A stretch of 48,333 nucleotides of DNA from a bacterium (lineage in GTDB: Bacteria; Patescibacteriota; Patescibacteriia; Patescibacteriales; UBA12075). Location of the stretch: positions 1 to 48,333 of the forward strand of contig JBDRDI010000028.1 of assembly GCA_043820875.1 (NCBI GenBank), read 5' to 3'. The notes below the pieces were generated by a model that had not been told where the DNA came from, made no database searches, and saw only the letters and a list, made by a program, of their open reading frames with translations. The position numbers and the translations under genes are program-made. Shown piece by piece: positions 1 through 8,155 of this stretch (position 1 is the first letter of the stretch; each line of letters begins with the position of its first letter).

Positions 1-18
1 GAGCCAAATTGTATTTCA

Positions 19-43
19 AAAAGAGGGCTGTAAACCCTCTTTT
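19..43. terminator. Intrinsic terminator-like hairpin downstream of ftsX (possibly bidirectional)
   Basis: AAAAGAGGG-ctgtaaa-CCCTCTTTT inverted repeat about 20 nt past the ftsX stop. Confidence 0.7.
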
Positions 44-64
44 GTTATATTAAAATTATGTTTT

Positions 65-976
65 TTATTTCCTCGCATACTTCCTCACCGCTAAATAACT
101 GGCAATAATGTTAATGGTGGCGGCGCAAACAAATTGCAAGCCGAATATTTTGAACATACTGCTATAATAATAATCAAACAAATCTACGCTGTAGCCCACA
201 AAAAATGTTTCTAGATATGGTTGTAATAAACTTAAAAACGGATAAAAAATCGCCATGATGCCACAAACGCCGATCAGAGTGTAAGCCAAGCTGGAAAAAA
301 GATAAGGAGTTTGAATAAACCAATTTGAAGCGCCCACAAGGCGCATAATTATAATTTCCTTTCGGTGAGTATAAATGGCAACGCGCACAGAATTATAAAT
401 TACCAAGACCATAGTAAAAATAAATATAAAACTCAAACCAAAACCGGCTTCACTTACCTTGTTGGTAATGACGTTTATTTTTTCAATCATCGTCTTGTAA
501 TCCGCAAAATTACGCGATTCAATGATATTACTGTTTATGGCGCCCAATTGATTGATCAGGTCATCAAAAGTATCCAAATTTTTGGGCTTGATAACCAAAC
601 GTGGCGCAAGAGGATTTTTGCCGATTTCTTTCAGCGCCTCCATAATTTCTTGATTGTCTTTGTGCTTGACCGTGAATTCCTGTAACGCTTCTGTTCTGGA
701 AATATATTGGACTTCTTTTACTTCTTTCAAGTTTGATATATTTGCGCGCAAAGCTTGAATTTCATCTTCCCCGGCTTCACTCTTTAAAAATAAATTTATA
801 TCAATTTTTTCTTTCACGGCGTCAACTGCGGTTTGCCCCAAGATCTTCACCACCATCAACATATTAACTGTAAAAAGGGCTAATATTAAAATAATAATCG
901 TCACTAAAGACAACCAAATATTTCTAAAAATATCTTGCAAACTAAATTTTATTATTCTGGCCAAAGATAAAAACAT
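65..976 (-). CDS. ftsX: Cell division permease FtsX
   Basis: 303 aa; N-terminal TM, extracellular domain with NPL motif, 'RKEIIIMRLVGAS..FIQTPYL' FtsX signature; directly downstream of ftsE. Confidence 0.93.
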   Translation of the reverse strand: MFLSLARIIKFSLQDIFRNIWLSLVTIIILILALFTVNMLMVVKILGQTAVDAVKEKIDINLFLKSEAGEDEIQALRANISNLKEVKEVQYISRTEALQEFTVKHKDNQEIMEALKEIGKNPLAPRLVIKPKNLDTFDDLINQLGAINSNIIESRNFADYKTMIEKINVITNKVSEAGFGLSFIFIFTMVLVIYNSVRVAIYTHRKEIIIMRLVGASNWFIQTPYLFSSLAYTLIGVCGIMAIFYPFLSLLQPYLETFFVGYSVDLFDYYYSSMFKIFGLQFVCAATINIIASYLAVRKYARK

Positions 977-983
977 ACGCGTT

Positions 984-1096
984 GAGTCTAAAGTCTAAAG
1001 TCAAAAGTCTAAAGTCCGATAATAAATAAAATTATTTTTAAATCTAATTGTCGTTACGCTAACGACTTTCGACTTTGGACTTTCGATTTTGGACTA
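984..1096. repeat. Inverted pair of heptamer tandem arrays (AAGTC[TAC][AG] x5 / [CG]GACTTT x4-5)
   Basis: 984-1018 gagtcta aagtcta aagtcaa aagtcta aagtccg; 1063-1096 cgacttt cgacttt ggacttt cgatttt ggacta. Confidence 0.9.
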
Positions 1097-1774
1097 AAGA
1101 ATGTATTTGCCAACTTTTTGGTCGCCGATAATTCGTCCGGCGTCCATGGTGATTACTCGTTTTTTAAGTCTATTAACCACCTCTCTGTTGTGCGTCACTA
1201 AGACGACTGTGGTGCCGAATTTATTTATTCTTAATAATAATTCAATAATGTCATTGGCGTTCAATGAATCAAGATTTCCGGTGGGCTCGTCGGCCAAGAG
1301 AATTTTCGGACGATGAACCAAGGCGCGCGCGATTGCCACCCTCTGCTGTTCGCCTCCGGAGACTTCTTGTGGATAACGATCCATTTTTGATTCCAATCCC
1401 ACGATTTTCATAACGTGCGGAACTATCTTTTTGATTTTCTCTCGCCCGCTACCACAAACTTGCATGGCAAACGCCACGTTTTCAAACAAAGTTTTTTGAG
1501 ATAAGAGTTTAAAATCTTGAAAGATAACTCCGATTTGTCTTCTCAATTCCGGCACTTCGCTCAATCCAATTCGCGTAATATCCCAACCGCCAACCACAAT
1601 TTTGCCCTCAGTAATCCGCTCCTCACCGATTAATGTCTTTACAAAGGTGGTTTTGCCTGTTCCTGATTGTCCTACAATTGAAATAAATTCACCAGGCAAA
1701 ACGTGCAAATTCACTCCCTGCAGAGCCACGACGTTCTTGGGATAAATTTTGGAAACATTATAATACTTAATCAT
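1094..1774 (-). CDS. ftsE: Cell division ATP-binding protein FtsE
   Basis: Walker A GQSGTGKT, 'LRRQIGVIFQDFKLL', SGGEQQR signature, ADEPTGNLD; adjacent to ftsX. Confidence 0.93.
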   Translation of the reverse strand: MIKYYNVSKIYPKNVVALQGVNLHVLPGEFISIVGQSGTGKTTFVKTLIGEERITEGKIVVGGWDITRIGLSEVPELRRQIGVIFQDFKLLSQKTLFENVAFAMQVCGSGREKIKKIVPHVMKIVGLESKMDRYPQEVSGGEQQRVAIARALVHRPKILLADEPTGNLDSLNANDIIELLLRINKFGTTVVLVTHNREVVNRLKKRVITMDAGRIIGDQKVGKYIL

Positions 1775-1786
1775 AAAAATTTTAAA

Positions 1787-3397
1787 TTAAATCGCGGGCA
1801 ATATTTTTTTCAATCCGAATTCTATTAAATCTTTTGTTTGCGCGAAACTTGTGTCTTTGTCTTCAGCCCCCATGGTTACGACAATTAAATTACCAAACTG
1901 ATTCGCGACTCTGGTCATGAGACAATATCCGGCCTCAATCAAATATCCGGTTTTTGATCCGGTAATGTTTCCAACCAAATTATATCGCAATAAATTATTT
2001 GTATTTCTTATTGTATGGTCAATGTCGCTTCCGGTCTTGAATTTATACTCTTTTGTTATGCTCGCCGCCGCTATGGTTTGGTTTTGCAGAGCCTCTTTGG
2101 TTATTATAGCATAATCTCGGGCAGAACTCATATTTTTTGGAGACAATCCTGTCGGGTCAAAAAAGAAAGTGGAGCTCGCACCAATTTCTTGCGCAAAATT
2201 ATTCATGCGTGAAACAAATTCTTCTCGAGTTAATCCGCTTACTCTCACCAAGCTTTCCACAGTATTATTTGTTGAACCGATAATTGATGAATAGAACAAA
2301 TCTTTTACTTTAATTGTTTCCCCTTCTTCCATATTCAAACTAGAGATACTATATTTTCTATCACAATCTTCATAATTATATTCTTTGTCCTGTTCACTAT
2401 AAGCAACCACTCTTTCCATGTCCGGATTGGTTTCCATAAAAACTTTCATGGCCGCGAGCTTGGTCAAACTTGCCAGTGGCAAGGCTTCGTTTTCTTTTTT
2501 GGCCCAAATTATTTTGCCCGTACCCTCTTCCATTACAATTCCGGACTTCATGCTTATTTCAAATTCACTTTTTGCGCCTTGAGGAGCTATGCCCATTATT
2601 TTTCCGTCCGCATCCGGAAGGACAAGCAACGGCTCAAGTTTTATATCAACTGTACCGGCGGAAAGTGAAGCTATTTTGGCGAAAGCTTCTTTCTCCAAAT
2701 CAATGGCACGGTCCGGAAAAATCGATCGATCTGGTCCATAATCATTAATTTCAACATCAACGTATTTATTATTGTTTTTGTTATGTACTCTGATTATTGA
2801 TCCTTTTGGAAAATCCGGCGAAGCCGCATAATTTCCGGACTTGAATTTATACCAGCTGGCCTTGCCGTTTGTTAAAACTTTTGGATAAGAAAAAATCGCT
2901 ATGCGGGCGAATGGAAGATGAATCAGAGACCGCACAAAATTTTCTCCTGGATAATCTCTTGTTGGTAAAGGCCGCCAGGCGCCATAATTTTTGTCATAAA
3001 AAAATACCTGCTTGTAGTTGTCATCGTCTTTATCATACGACATTTGGATATAAAACGGCTTATGATCGTCATATGCCGCTTTATTTCTAAATTCAAACTG
3101 ATACACCTGACTGATTTTATCAACCTGCCACGGATAATTCATATCTTCGTTCAATATTACCACATCCACCCCTGTCGCCTCACTCAAAATACCCGGCACT
3201 AAAGATAATTTAATTTTATTCTCAAAGGCTGTCACTGTATAGCCTTTGGCAATCGTTGCCGCGTCCAAACGAATAAAAAATTCTTGATTTGCGCTTTCTT
3301 CCGCTGCTGTAAAATTTATATTTGGTAAAACAAAAATACTAATTATTAAAATTAGTTTCATCGCGCGCTTACATTGGACCATAATTTTTTTTGTCAT
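1787..3397 (-). CDS. Secreted fusion protein: RlpA-like double-psi beta-barrel plus D-alanyl-D-alanine carboxypeptidase (peptidase S11)
   Basis: Signal-like N-terminus; 'GKASWY...VEINDYGP...DRAIDLEKEAF' RlpA DPBB motif; PBP motifs SLTK (SxxK), STN (SxN) and KTG. Confidence 0.85.
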   Translation of the reverse strand: MTKKIMVQCKRAMKLILIISIFVLPNINFTAAEESANQEFFIRLDAATIAKGYTVTAFENKIKLSLVPGILSEATGVDVVILNEDMNYPWQVDKISQVYQFEFRNKAAYDDHKPFYIQMSYDKDDDNYKQVFFYDKNYGAWRPLPTRDYPGENFVRSLIHLPFARIAIFSYPKVLTNGKASWYKFKSGNYAASPDFPKGSIIRVHNKNNNKYVDVEINDYGPDRSIFPDRAIDLEKEAFAKIASLSAGTVDIKLEPLLVLPDADGKIMGIAPQGAKSEFEISMKSGIVMEEGTGKIIWAKKENEALPLASLTKLAAMKVFMETNPDMERVVAYSEQDKEYNYEDCDRKYSISSLNMEEGETIKVKDLFYSSIIGSTNNTVESLVRVSGLTREEFVSRMNNFAQEIGASSTFFFDPTGLSPKNMSSARDYAIITKEALQNQTIAAASITKEYKFKTGSDIDHTIRNTNNLLRYNLVGNITGSKTGYLIEAGYCLMTRVANQFGNLIVVTMGAEDKDTSFAQTKDLIEFGLKKILPAI

Positions 3398-3406
3398 CTA
3401 CTGTTA

Positions 3407-3416
3407 ATTATAACAT
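3407..3416 (-). promoter_or_regulatory. Extended -10 promoter (ATGTTATAAT) for the rlpA-dac/ftsE/ftsX unit
   Basis: TGnTATAAT ending 10 nt upstream of the ATG at 3397. Confidence 0.55.
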
Positions 3417-3463
3417 AGAAAAAAAGAAAATAAAAAGAAAAAAAGAAAAAAAAGAGACACCTC

Positions 3464-3492
3464 TTGAAAAAAATATAGTTTCCGCTTATTAT
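3464..3492 (+). promoter_or_regulatory. Sigma70-type promoter for tRNA-Thr
   Basis: TTGAAA-N17-TATTAT ending 8 nt before the tRNA, preceded by an A-rich tract (3417-3455). Confidence 0.55.
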
Positions 3493-3500
3493 AAATATAC

Positions 3501-3573
3501 GCCGAAGTAGCTCAGTTGGTAGAGCGATGCTCTCGTAAAGCATAGGTCACGGGTTCGACTCCCGTCTTCGGCT
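3501..3573 (+). tRNA. tRNA-Thr(CGT)
   Basis: Cloverleaf: acceptor GCCGAAG/CTTCGGC, D arm GCTC/GAGC, anticodon stem ATGCT/AGCAT with loop CTCGTAA, T arm ACGGG-TTCGACT-CCCGT; CCA not encoded. Confidence 0.96.
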
Positions 3574-3586
3574 CTGACAAACCCAT

Positions 3587-4909
3587 TTAATTCACAAAAC
3601 TCCAAATCTTATAATCCTGCGCCGTTTCTGCCAAATACTCGTCCAGCGTCAATCCGGCCACAAAAACATAGCTATATTCAAAAAAACTATATTCTTCTTT
3701 CCTCATTTTAAATATATAATATCCTTCTTTGGTAAAAACAACGGGACTCACTTCCCCGTTTTTTAAATCTTTTATTTTTTCTGTAAAATCAAACGAATTT
3801 TTATTTTCATTAGTCAAAGAAAATGTTCCGCTTTGATCTCCATATCTCAAGGCCACTCCCAAAAAATCTCCTGTGTCAGCTATTTCTTCCGCAATTTTTT
3901 TTATCCTATAAATCGCGATTTGATTGATATCTTCGTCAGATGCCACCTGATAAGCAAGATAGTCTTGCATGGATTCTTTATCATCTAAATCCTCTGATTT
4001 AATATTATACTTCTTTATTAAACTTCCGTAGATTATATCTTTAATTATTTCCAGCTTGGTTTCTTTGTCCAGTTCTGCTGAAGAAACATCGCCAATAAGC
4101 CCATCTTTCGTATCTTGATATTTATAATAATCCACAAAACAATCTTTCGTAATCATGGCCGGGACAGGAAAATATTCAGTTATTTTTCTAAAAAAATTAT
4201 TATCCACACCGGTTTTAATAATCAATGCGGCAGAAATTGAATAAATTAAAAAATAAAAAACCAATGCGAACAAGAAAAAAAGAAAAGTTTTGGAGCATGC
4301 CGATATTATCCGTGCCTGCCAAGATTTTTGATTTAATAAATTAATTTTCTTTTTTGAAAAATTAAAATCCTCTTTTTGTTTTGGCTTATTTAAATTATAT
4401 TTCTTCTCTTTCTTTTTCTTCTCTTTCTTTTTCTTCTCTTTCTTTTTCTTCTCTCTCTTTTTCTTCTCTTTTTCTTTCTTCTCTCTCTCTTTCTTCTTAT
4501 CTTCTGTAGTTTTATCTTTCCCATTGGCCCACGGGTATTTTATTAATGCTTCCAGGGCAGGTAAACTCTTCTCTTCGTTTTTCTCTTTTACCAAGGCAGG
4601 AACGGCCACCTTCTCCGGCAATATTATTTCTTGAACCGGCGGAGCAATGTCTCCAACGACCTCTCTCAAATCTTTTTTTGCCTCCGTCAAGTTTTCCGGA
4701 CGGACAAGCTTGTCCATTCTTTTTGCCCTGTTTGTTTCCGTACTTCGCGCCACAGCTCCGTCAATATTTTTTTTCACTATTTTTCCGGGATTAAATTTTT
4801 TATTATCTCTCGGGTCTTTTTCATTAAGCAATGTCAAAACAACTTTCCGCGAAACTTCCGCTTCGTTTTTATCTATTTTGTTTACTCCGTCCAATTTTTT
4901 ATTTTCCAT
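3587..4909 (-). CDS. Membrane-anchored protein with C-terminal degenerate parvulin/PrsA(SurA)-like domain and long charged N-terminal region
   Basis: One TM segment at about aa 205-235; C-terminal 'LKNGEVSPVVFTKEGYYIFK' resembles a PpiC-type motif; poly-KKKEK tract. Confidence 0.55.
   Translation of the reverse strand: MENKKLDGVNKIDKNEAEVSRKVVLTLLNEKDPRDNKKFNPGKIVKKNIDGAVARSTETNRAKRMDKLVRPENLTEAKKDLREVVGDIAPPVQEIILPEKVAVPALVKEKNEEKSLPALEALIKYPWANGKDKTTEDKKKEREKKEKEKKKREKKKKEKKKKEKKKKEKKYNLNKPKQKEDFNFSKKKINLLNQKSWQARIISACSKTFLFFLFALVFYFLIYSISAALIIKTGVDNNFFRKITEYFPVPAMITKDCFVDYYKYQDTKDGLIGDVSSAELDKETKLEIIKDIIYGSLIKKYNIKSEDLDDKESMQDYLAYQVASDEDINQIAIYRIKKIAEEIADTGDFLGVALRYGDQSGTFSLTNENKNSFDFTEKIKDLKNGEVSPVVFTKEGYYIFKMRKEEYSFFEYSYVFVAGLTLDEYLAETAQDYKIWSFVN
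4400..4498. repeat. 15-bp tandem repeat (TTCTTCTCTTTCTTT, about 6.5 copies) encoding KKKEK repeats
   Basis: Units start at 4401, 4416, 4431, 4446, 4461, 4476 and 4491; the + strand is purely pyrimidine. Confidence 0.9.
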
Positions 4910-4920
4910 AAAATAGATTA

Positions 4921-5334
4921 TTATTTAAAAAAATGTTTAAACCATTTTTGTGGATTACTGATACTGCCCTTTGCTTCGGAATCCTCTGCTTTTGTGTTAC
5001 TGTTTTTTAAACTATTTTCAGCATTTTCCAAACCTGTAATCACTGCCACTTCTTCGCCTGTTTTTTTATAATTCAAATTCAACCTGGCCTGCTCATCAAT
5101 ATATTGGTCCGAATCCAAATATTCTAAAAAAGTTTTAAGTTCTGAATTTTTTCCTTCCAGTTCTTTTATCTCCTCTTCCAATTCCCTGATTTCTTTATTA
5201 ACAGCGCGTTGTTTATTTACTTTTTTAACCAATGGCGCTCCGATGGCAACCGCGATAACCAAACAAACAATGGCCACGGAAGCTTGCTTCATAAATAATT
5301 TTCCAGTTTTTGTGTTTCTTTCTTTTATATACAT
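4921..5334 (-). CDS. Septum formation initiator family protein (FtsB/DivIC-like)
   Basis: TM, coiled coil and 'YIDEQARLNLNYKKTGEEV' motif typical of DivIC/FtsB. Confidence 0.8.
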   Translation of the reverse strand: MYIKERNTKTGKLFMKQASVAIVCLVIAVAIGAPLVKKVNKQRAVNKEIRELEEEIKELEGKNSELKTFLEYLDSDQYIDEQARLNLNYKKTGEEVAVITGLENAENSLKNSNTKAEDSEAKGSISNPQKWFKHFFK

Positions 5335-5335
5335 A

Positions 5336-8014
5336 TTATTTTTTCTCGCGAGCAGAGGAAAAATAATAATATTTTACCGCTTCGATCATTACAATTGAAA
5401 ACACGCCTGCGCCAAAAATCAACACCCAGGATCCGGCTCTTAATCCTGTTGTATGTAAAAAAGGCTGTAAAAATCGCGAATAAATTCCTAAAAACAAGAA
5501 AGAAAAAATCGCAACCGTTGCCCACATTAAATATTTATTGGAAAAAGGGTTTAGACGAAATATCGGTTTTCGCAAACTCCGAATGCTATACATGCCCGCC
5601 AAACTCGCCACTGCCAGCATGGCGAATATTAAAGTTCTGAGATACTCTATATTCTGAAAATCATATAAAAATAAAAATATCAAAAGAAAAGAAAAGCTCC
5701 TAATCAGTCCTACTGCAAAAATAATTATCTTCATTTCGGAATTAAGGAGCGGCTCACTTTTATTTACCGGCTTTTCGCCCATAACCGCGTCTTCTCCTTT
5801 CTCAAATGCCAACGAAAAATTCATCAATCCATCATTCAAAATATTAATCCACAAAATTTGCGCCGGAAGCAGAGCCAACTCCAAATTCAAAAAGATACAA
5901 CCGACTATTAATATAACTTCCGAAAAAACGTCTGACATCAAAAACACAATTGATTTTCTAATATTATCAAATATTACTCTCCCTTCTTTCACTGCGGAAA
6001 CTATTGTTTTAAAATTGTTATCAAGCAAAACCATATCGGAATTTTCTTTGGCAATATCGGTTCCCGTGCCAAGCGAAATACCGATGTCCGAGGCTCGAAG
6101 CGCCGGCGAGTCGTTTATACCGTCTCCTGTCATTGCCACAACTTCGCCTCTCTCTTTCAAGGCGCGAACTATGCGCAATTTATGATGCGGACTCACTCTG
6201 GCATAAATATCAATTTTTTTGGAGATTTTTAGGAGCTCATCATCGTCCAGTTTGTCCAGCTCTTCACCTGTCATAACTTTTTTATGGTCGCAATCCAGTC
6301 CTGCTTCACAAGCTATAGCCATTGCTGTCAATTTATGATCACCGGTAATAATCACCAACTTAATGCCTGCCTTGCGACATGTTTCTATTGTTTCTTTTAC
6401 TTCCGGCCGAAGCGGATCTTTTATGGCAATAAAACCGATGAAAGTTAAATCATTATCCAACTCATCCCAGTCAACGCTTCCTTTTAATGGAATTTTTTCT
6501 TTAGAAAAAGACATTTCTCTTCTTCCCAAACCAATCACCCTCAATCCTCTGTTGGACAAAGACTCACAAACTTTTTCCAACTTTTCTCTTTCTTCTTGGC
6601 CGATGGCTTTGACTTCTCCTCGGTGGAAAAAATTTACAGATTTTTTCAAAACTATTTCCGGCGCTCCCTTTTCATATAGTGTGTATTTACCACCATCTTT
6701 CTCACGCAAACTAAGCATAAACTTTCTTTTGCTATCAAATGGCAGTTGGTCAACTTCGGGTTCAATTTTTGATAATCTATCTTTTTCCAGACCGGATTGA
6801 ATCGCGGCGGATAACAACGCGGTTTCAGTTGGTGAACCGATAATCCGCCAATCAGCCAAATCGTCTTTCGGATTTTCCACAACAGCATCATTACACATCA
6901 TAGCCACTTCCAAGGCCATCATCACGGCTCTGGCCTCTTTTTCTTCTTGACGACTGCTAATATTTTCAATTTTAAATTCTTCTTCTCCGATTACAATCCG
7001 CGCCACAACCATTTTTCCTTCTGTTAATGTTCCTGTTTTATCCGTACAAATTGTTGTTACAGAACCCAGCGTTTCCGCCGCAGCCAAATTTCTGACCAAA
7101 GCTCTTCTTTTTAAAATTCGCATTGCCCCCAAGGCCAGTATAAATGTTACGGCCATAGTGAGACCTTCCGGCACTGAGGCTACAACCAAGGCGACTCCGG
7201 TTTCCATCATAATAATAAAATCACGTCCTTGCATCACGCCCGCGAATACCACAACAAAACTTATCACAGCGCATATTACACCTATTTGTTTACTTAGATA
7301 GACAAGTCTTTTTTGCAATGGTGTTTTTTCTTCTTTTATGTCCTTGACCATTTGGGCGATTTTTCCCATTTCTGTTTTTTCGCCCACGGCAGTGATAACC
7401 GCTTCGCCCACTCCGCTCACCATGATCGTACCGGCATAAATCATATTTTTTCGATCAGCAAGCGATGCTCCGGCAATAACTTTTTCAGCGTTTTTTTCCG
7501 CAGGGACTGATTCTCCGGTCAAAATTGATTCATCAGTAAAAAGCTCCGAACATTCTATTATCCGGCCGTCTGCCGGGATTCTATTCCCCGGTTTTAAAAT
7601 CAAACAATCTCCAACAGTTAAAGATTGGCTGTCAATTATCATCTCTTGCCCATCACGTCTGACAAGTGCTTGTTGCGGAGCCAATTTTCTTAATTTGGCC
7701 ATGGACTGGCTCGCCTTGTTTTCTTGAATATATCCGATGATAGAGTTGAATAGCGCGGCTCCAAAAATTACGCTTGCGTCAATATATTCTCTGACAAAAA
7801 GAGACAGGGTGCCGGCGATCAAAAGAATATATGCGAGCGGATTTTTAAACTGGGAAATAAAAATCGTCGTCCTTTTTGGCAAAGGCTCTTTTGGAAGCTC
7901 ATTATTCCCATTTTTTTTCAACCGCTGTTCCGCCTCGCGCGCTGTTAATCCTTCTCTTCTTGATTTTAATTCGCTCAAACAAGTTTTCGCTGATTTTGAA
8001 TGAAAGTCTGACAT
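5336..8014 (-). CDS. Cation-transporting P-type ATPase (type IIA, Ca2+-type)
   Basis: TGES, PEGL, DKTGTLT, KGAPE and TGDGIND motifs; 892 aa. Confidence 0.92.
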   Translation of the reverse strand: MSDFHSKSAKTCLSELKSRREGLTAREAEQRLKKNGNNELPKEPLPKRTTIFISQFKNPLAYILLIAGTLSLFVREYIDASVIFGAALFNSIIGYIQENKASQSMAKLRKLAPQQALVRRDGQEMIIDSQSLTVGDCLILKPGNRIPADGRIIECSELFTDESILTGESVPAEKNAEKVIAGASLADRKNMIYAGTIMVSGVGEAVITAVGEKTEMGKIAQMVKDIKEEKTPLQKRLVYLSKQIGVICAVISFVVVFAGVMQGRDFIIMMETGVALVVASVPEGLTMAVTFILALGAMRILKRRALVRNLAAAETLGSVTTICTDKTGTLTEGKMVVARIVIGEEEFKIENISSRQEEKEARAVMMALEVAMMCNDAVVENPKDDLADWRIIGSPTETALLSAAIQSGLEKDRLSKIEPEVDQLPFDSKRKFMLSLREKDGGKYTLYEKGAPEIVLKKSVNFFHRGEVKAIGQEEREKLEKVCESLSNRGLRVIGLGRREMSFSKEKIPLKGSVDWDELDNDLTFIGFIAIKDPLRPEVKETIETCRKAGIKLVIITGDHKLTAMAIACEAGLDCDHKKVMTGEELDKLDDDELLKISKKIDIYARVSPHHKLRIVRALKERGEVVAMTGDGINDSPALRASDIGISLGTGTDIAKENSDMVLLDNNFKTIVSAVKEGRVIFDNIRKSIVFLMSDVFSEVILIVGCIFLNLELALLPAQILWINILNDGLMNFSLAFEKGEDAVMGEKPVNKSEPLLNSEMKIIIFAVGLIRSFSFLLIFLFLYDFQNIEYLRTLIFAMLAVASLAGMYSIRSLRKPIFRLNPFSNKYLMWATVAIFSFLFLGIYSRFLQPFLHTTGLRAGSWVLIFGAGVFSIVMIEAVKYYYFSSAREKK

Positions 8015-8155
8015 TAAAAAATTATTATTTTTAAAAATTATCCACTCTCTATTATAACATATTTATTGCTTGTGGGTCTATAACAAAAAAATCACTCTTT
8101 TAAATTAAGTGATTTATTATAATAACGTTTACGACTTTCTACTTCATGCTAATCT

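Noticed and set aside
984-1096. Repeat arrays as a CRISPR array
   Set aside because: The units are 7 nt with no unique spacers, and no cas genes are present.
3501-3600. tRNA-Thr as the attachment site of an integrated element
   Set aside because: No integrase and no duplicated tRNA 3' end were seen, and the flanking genes are housekeeping.
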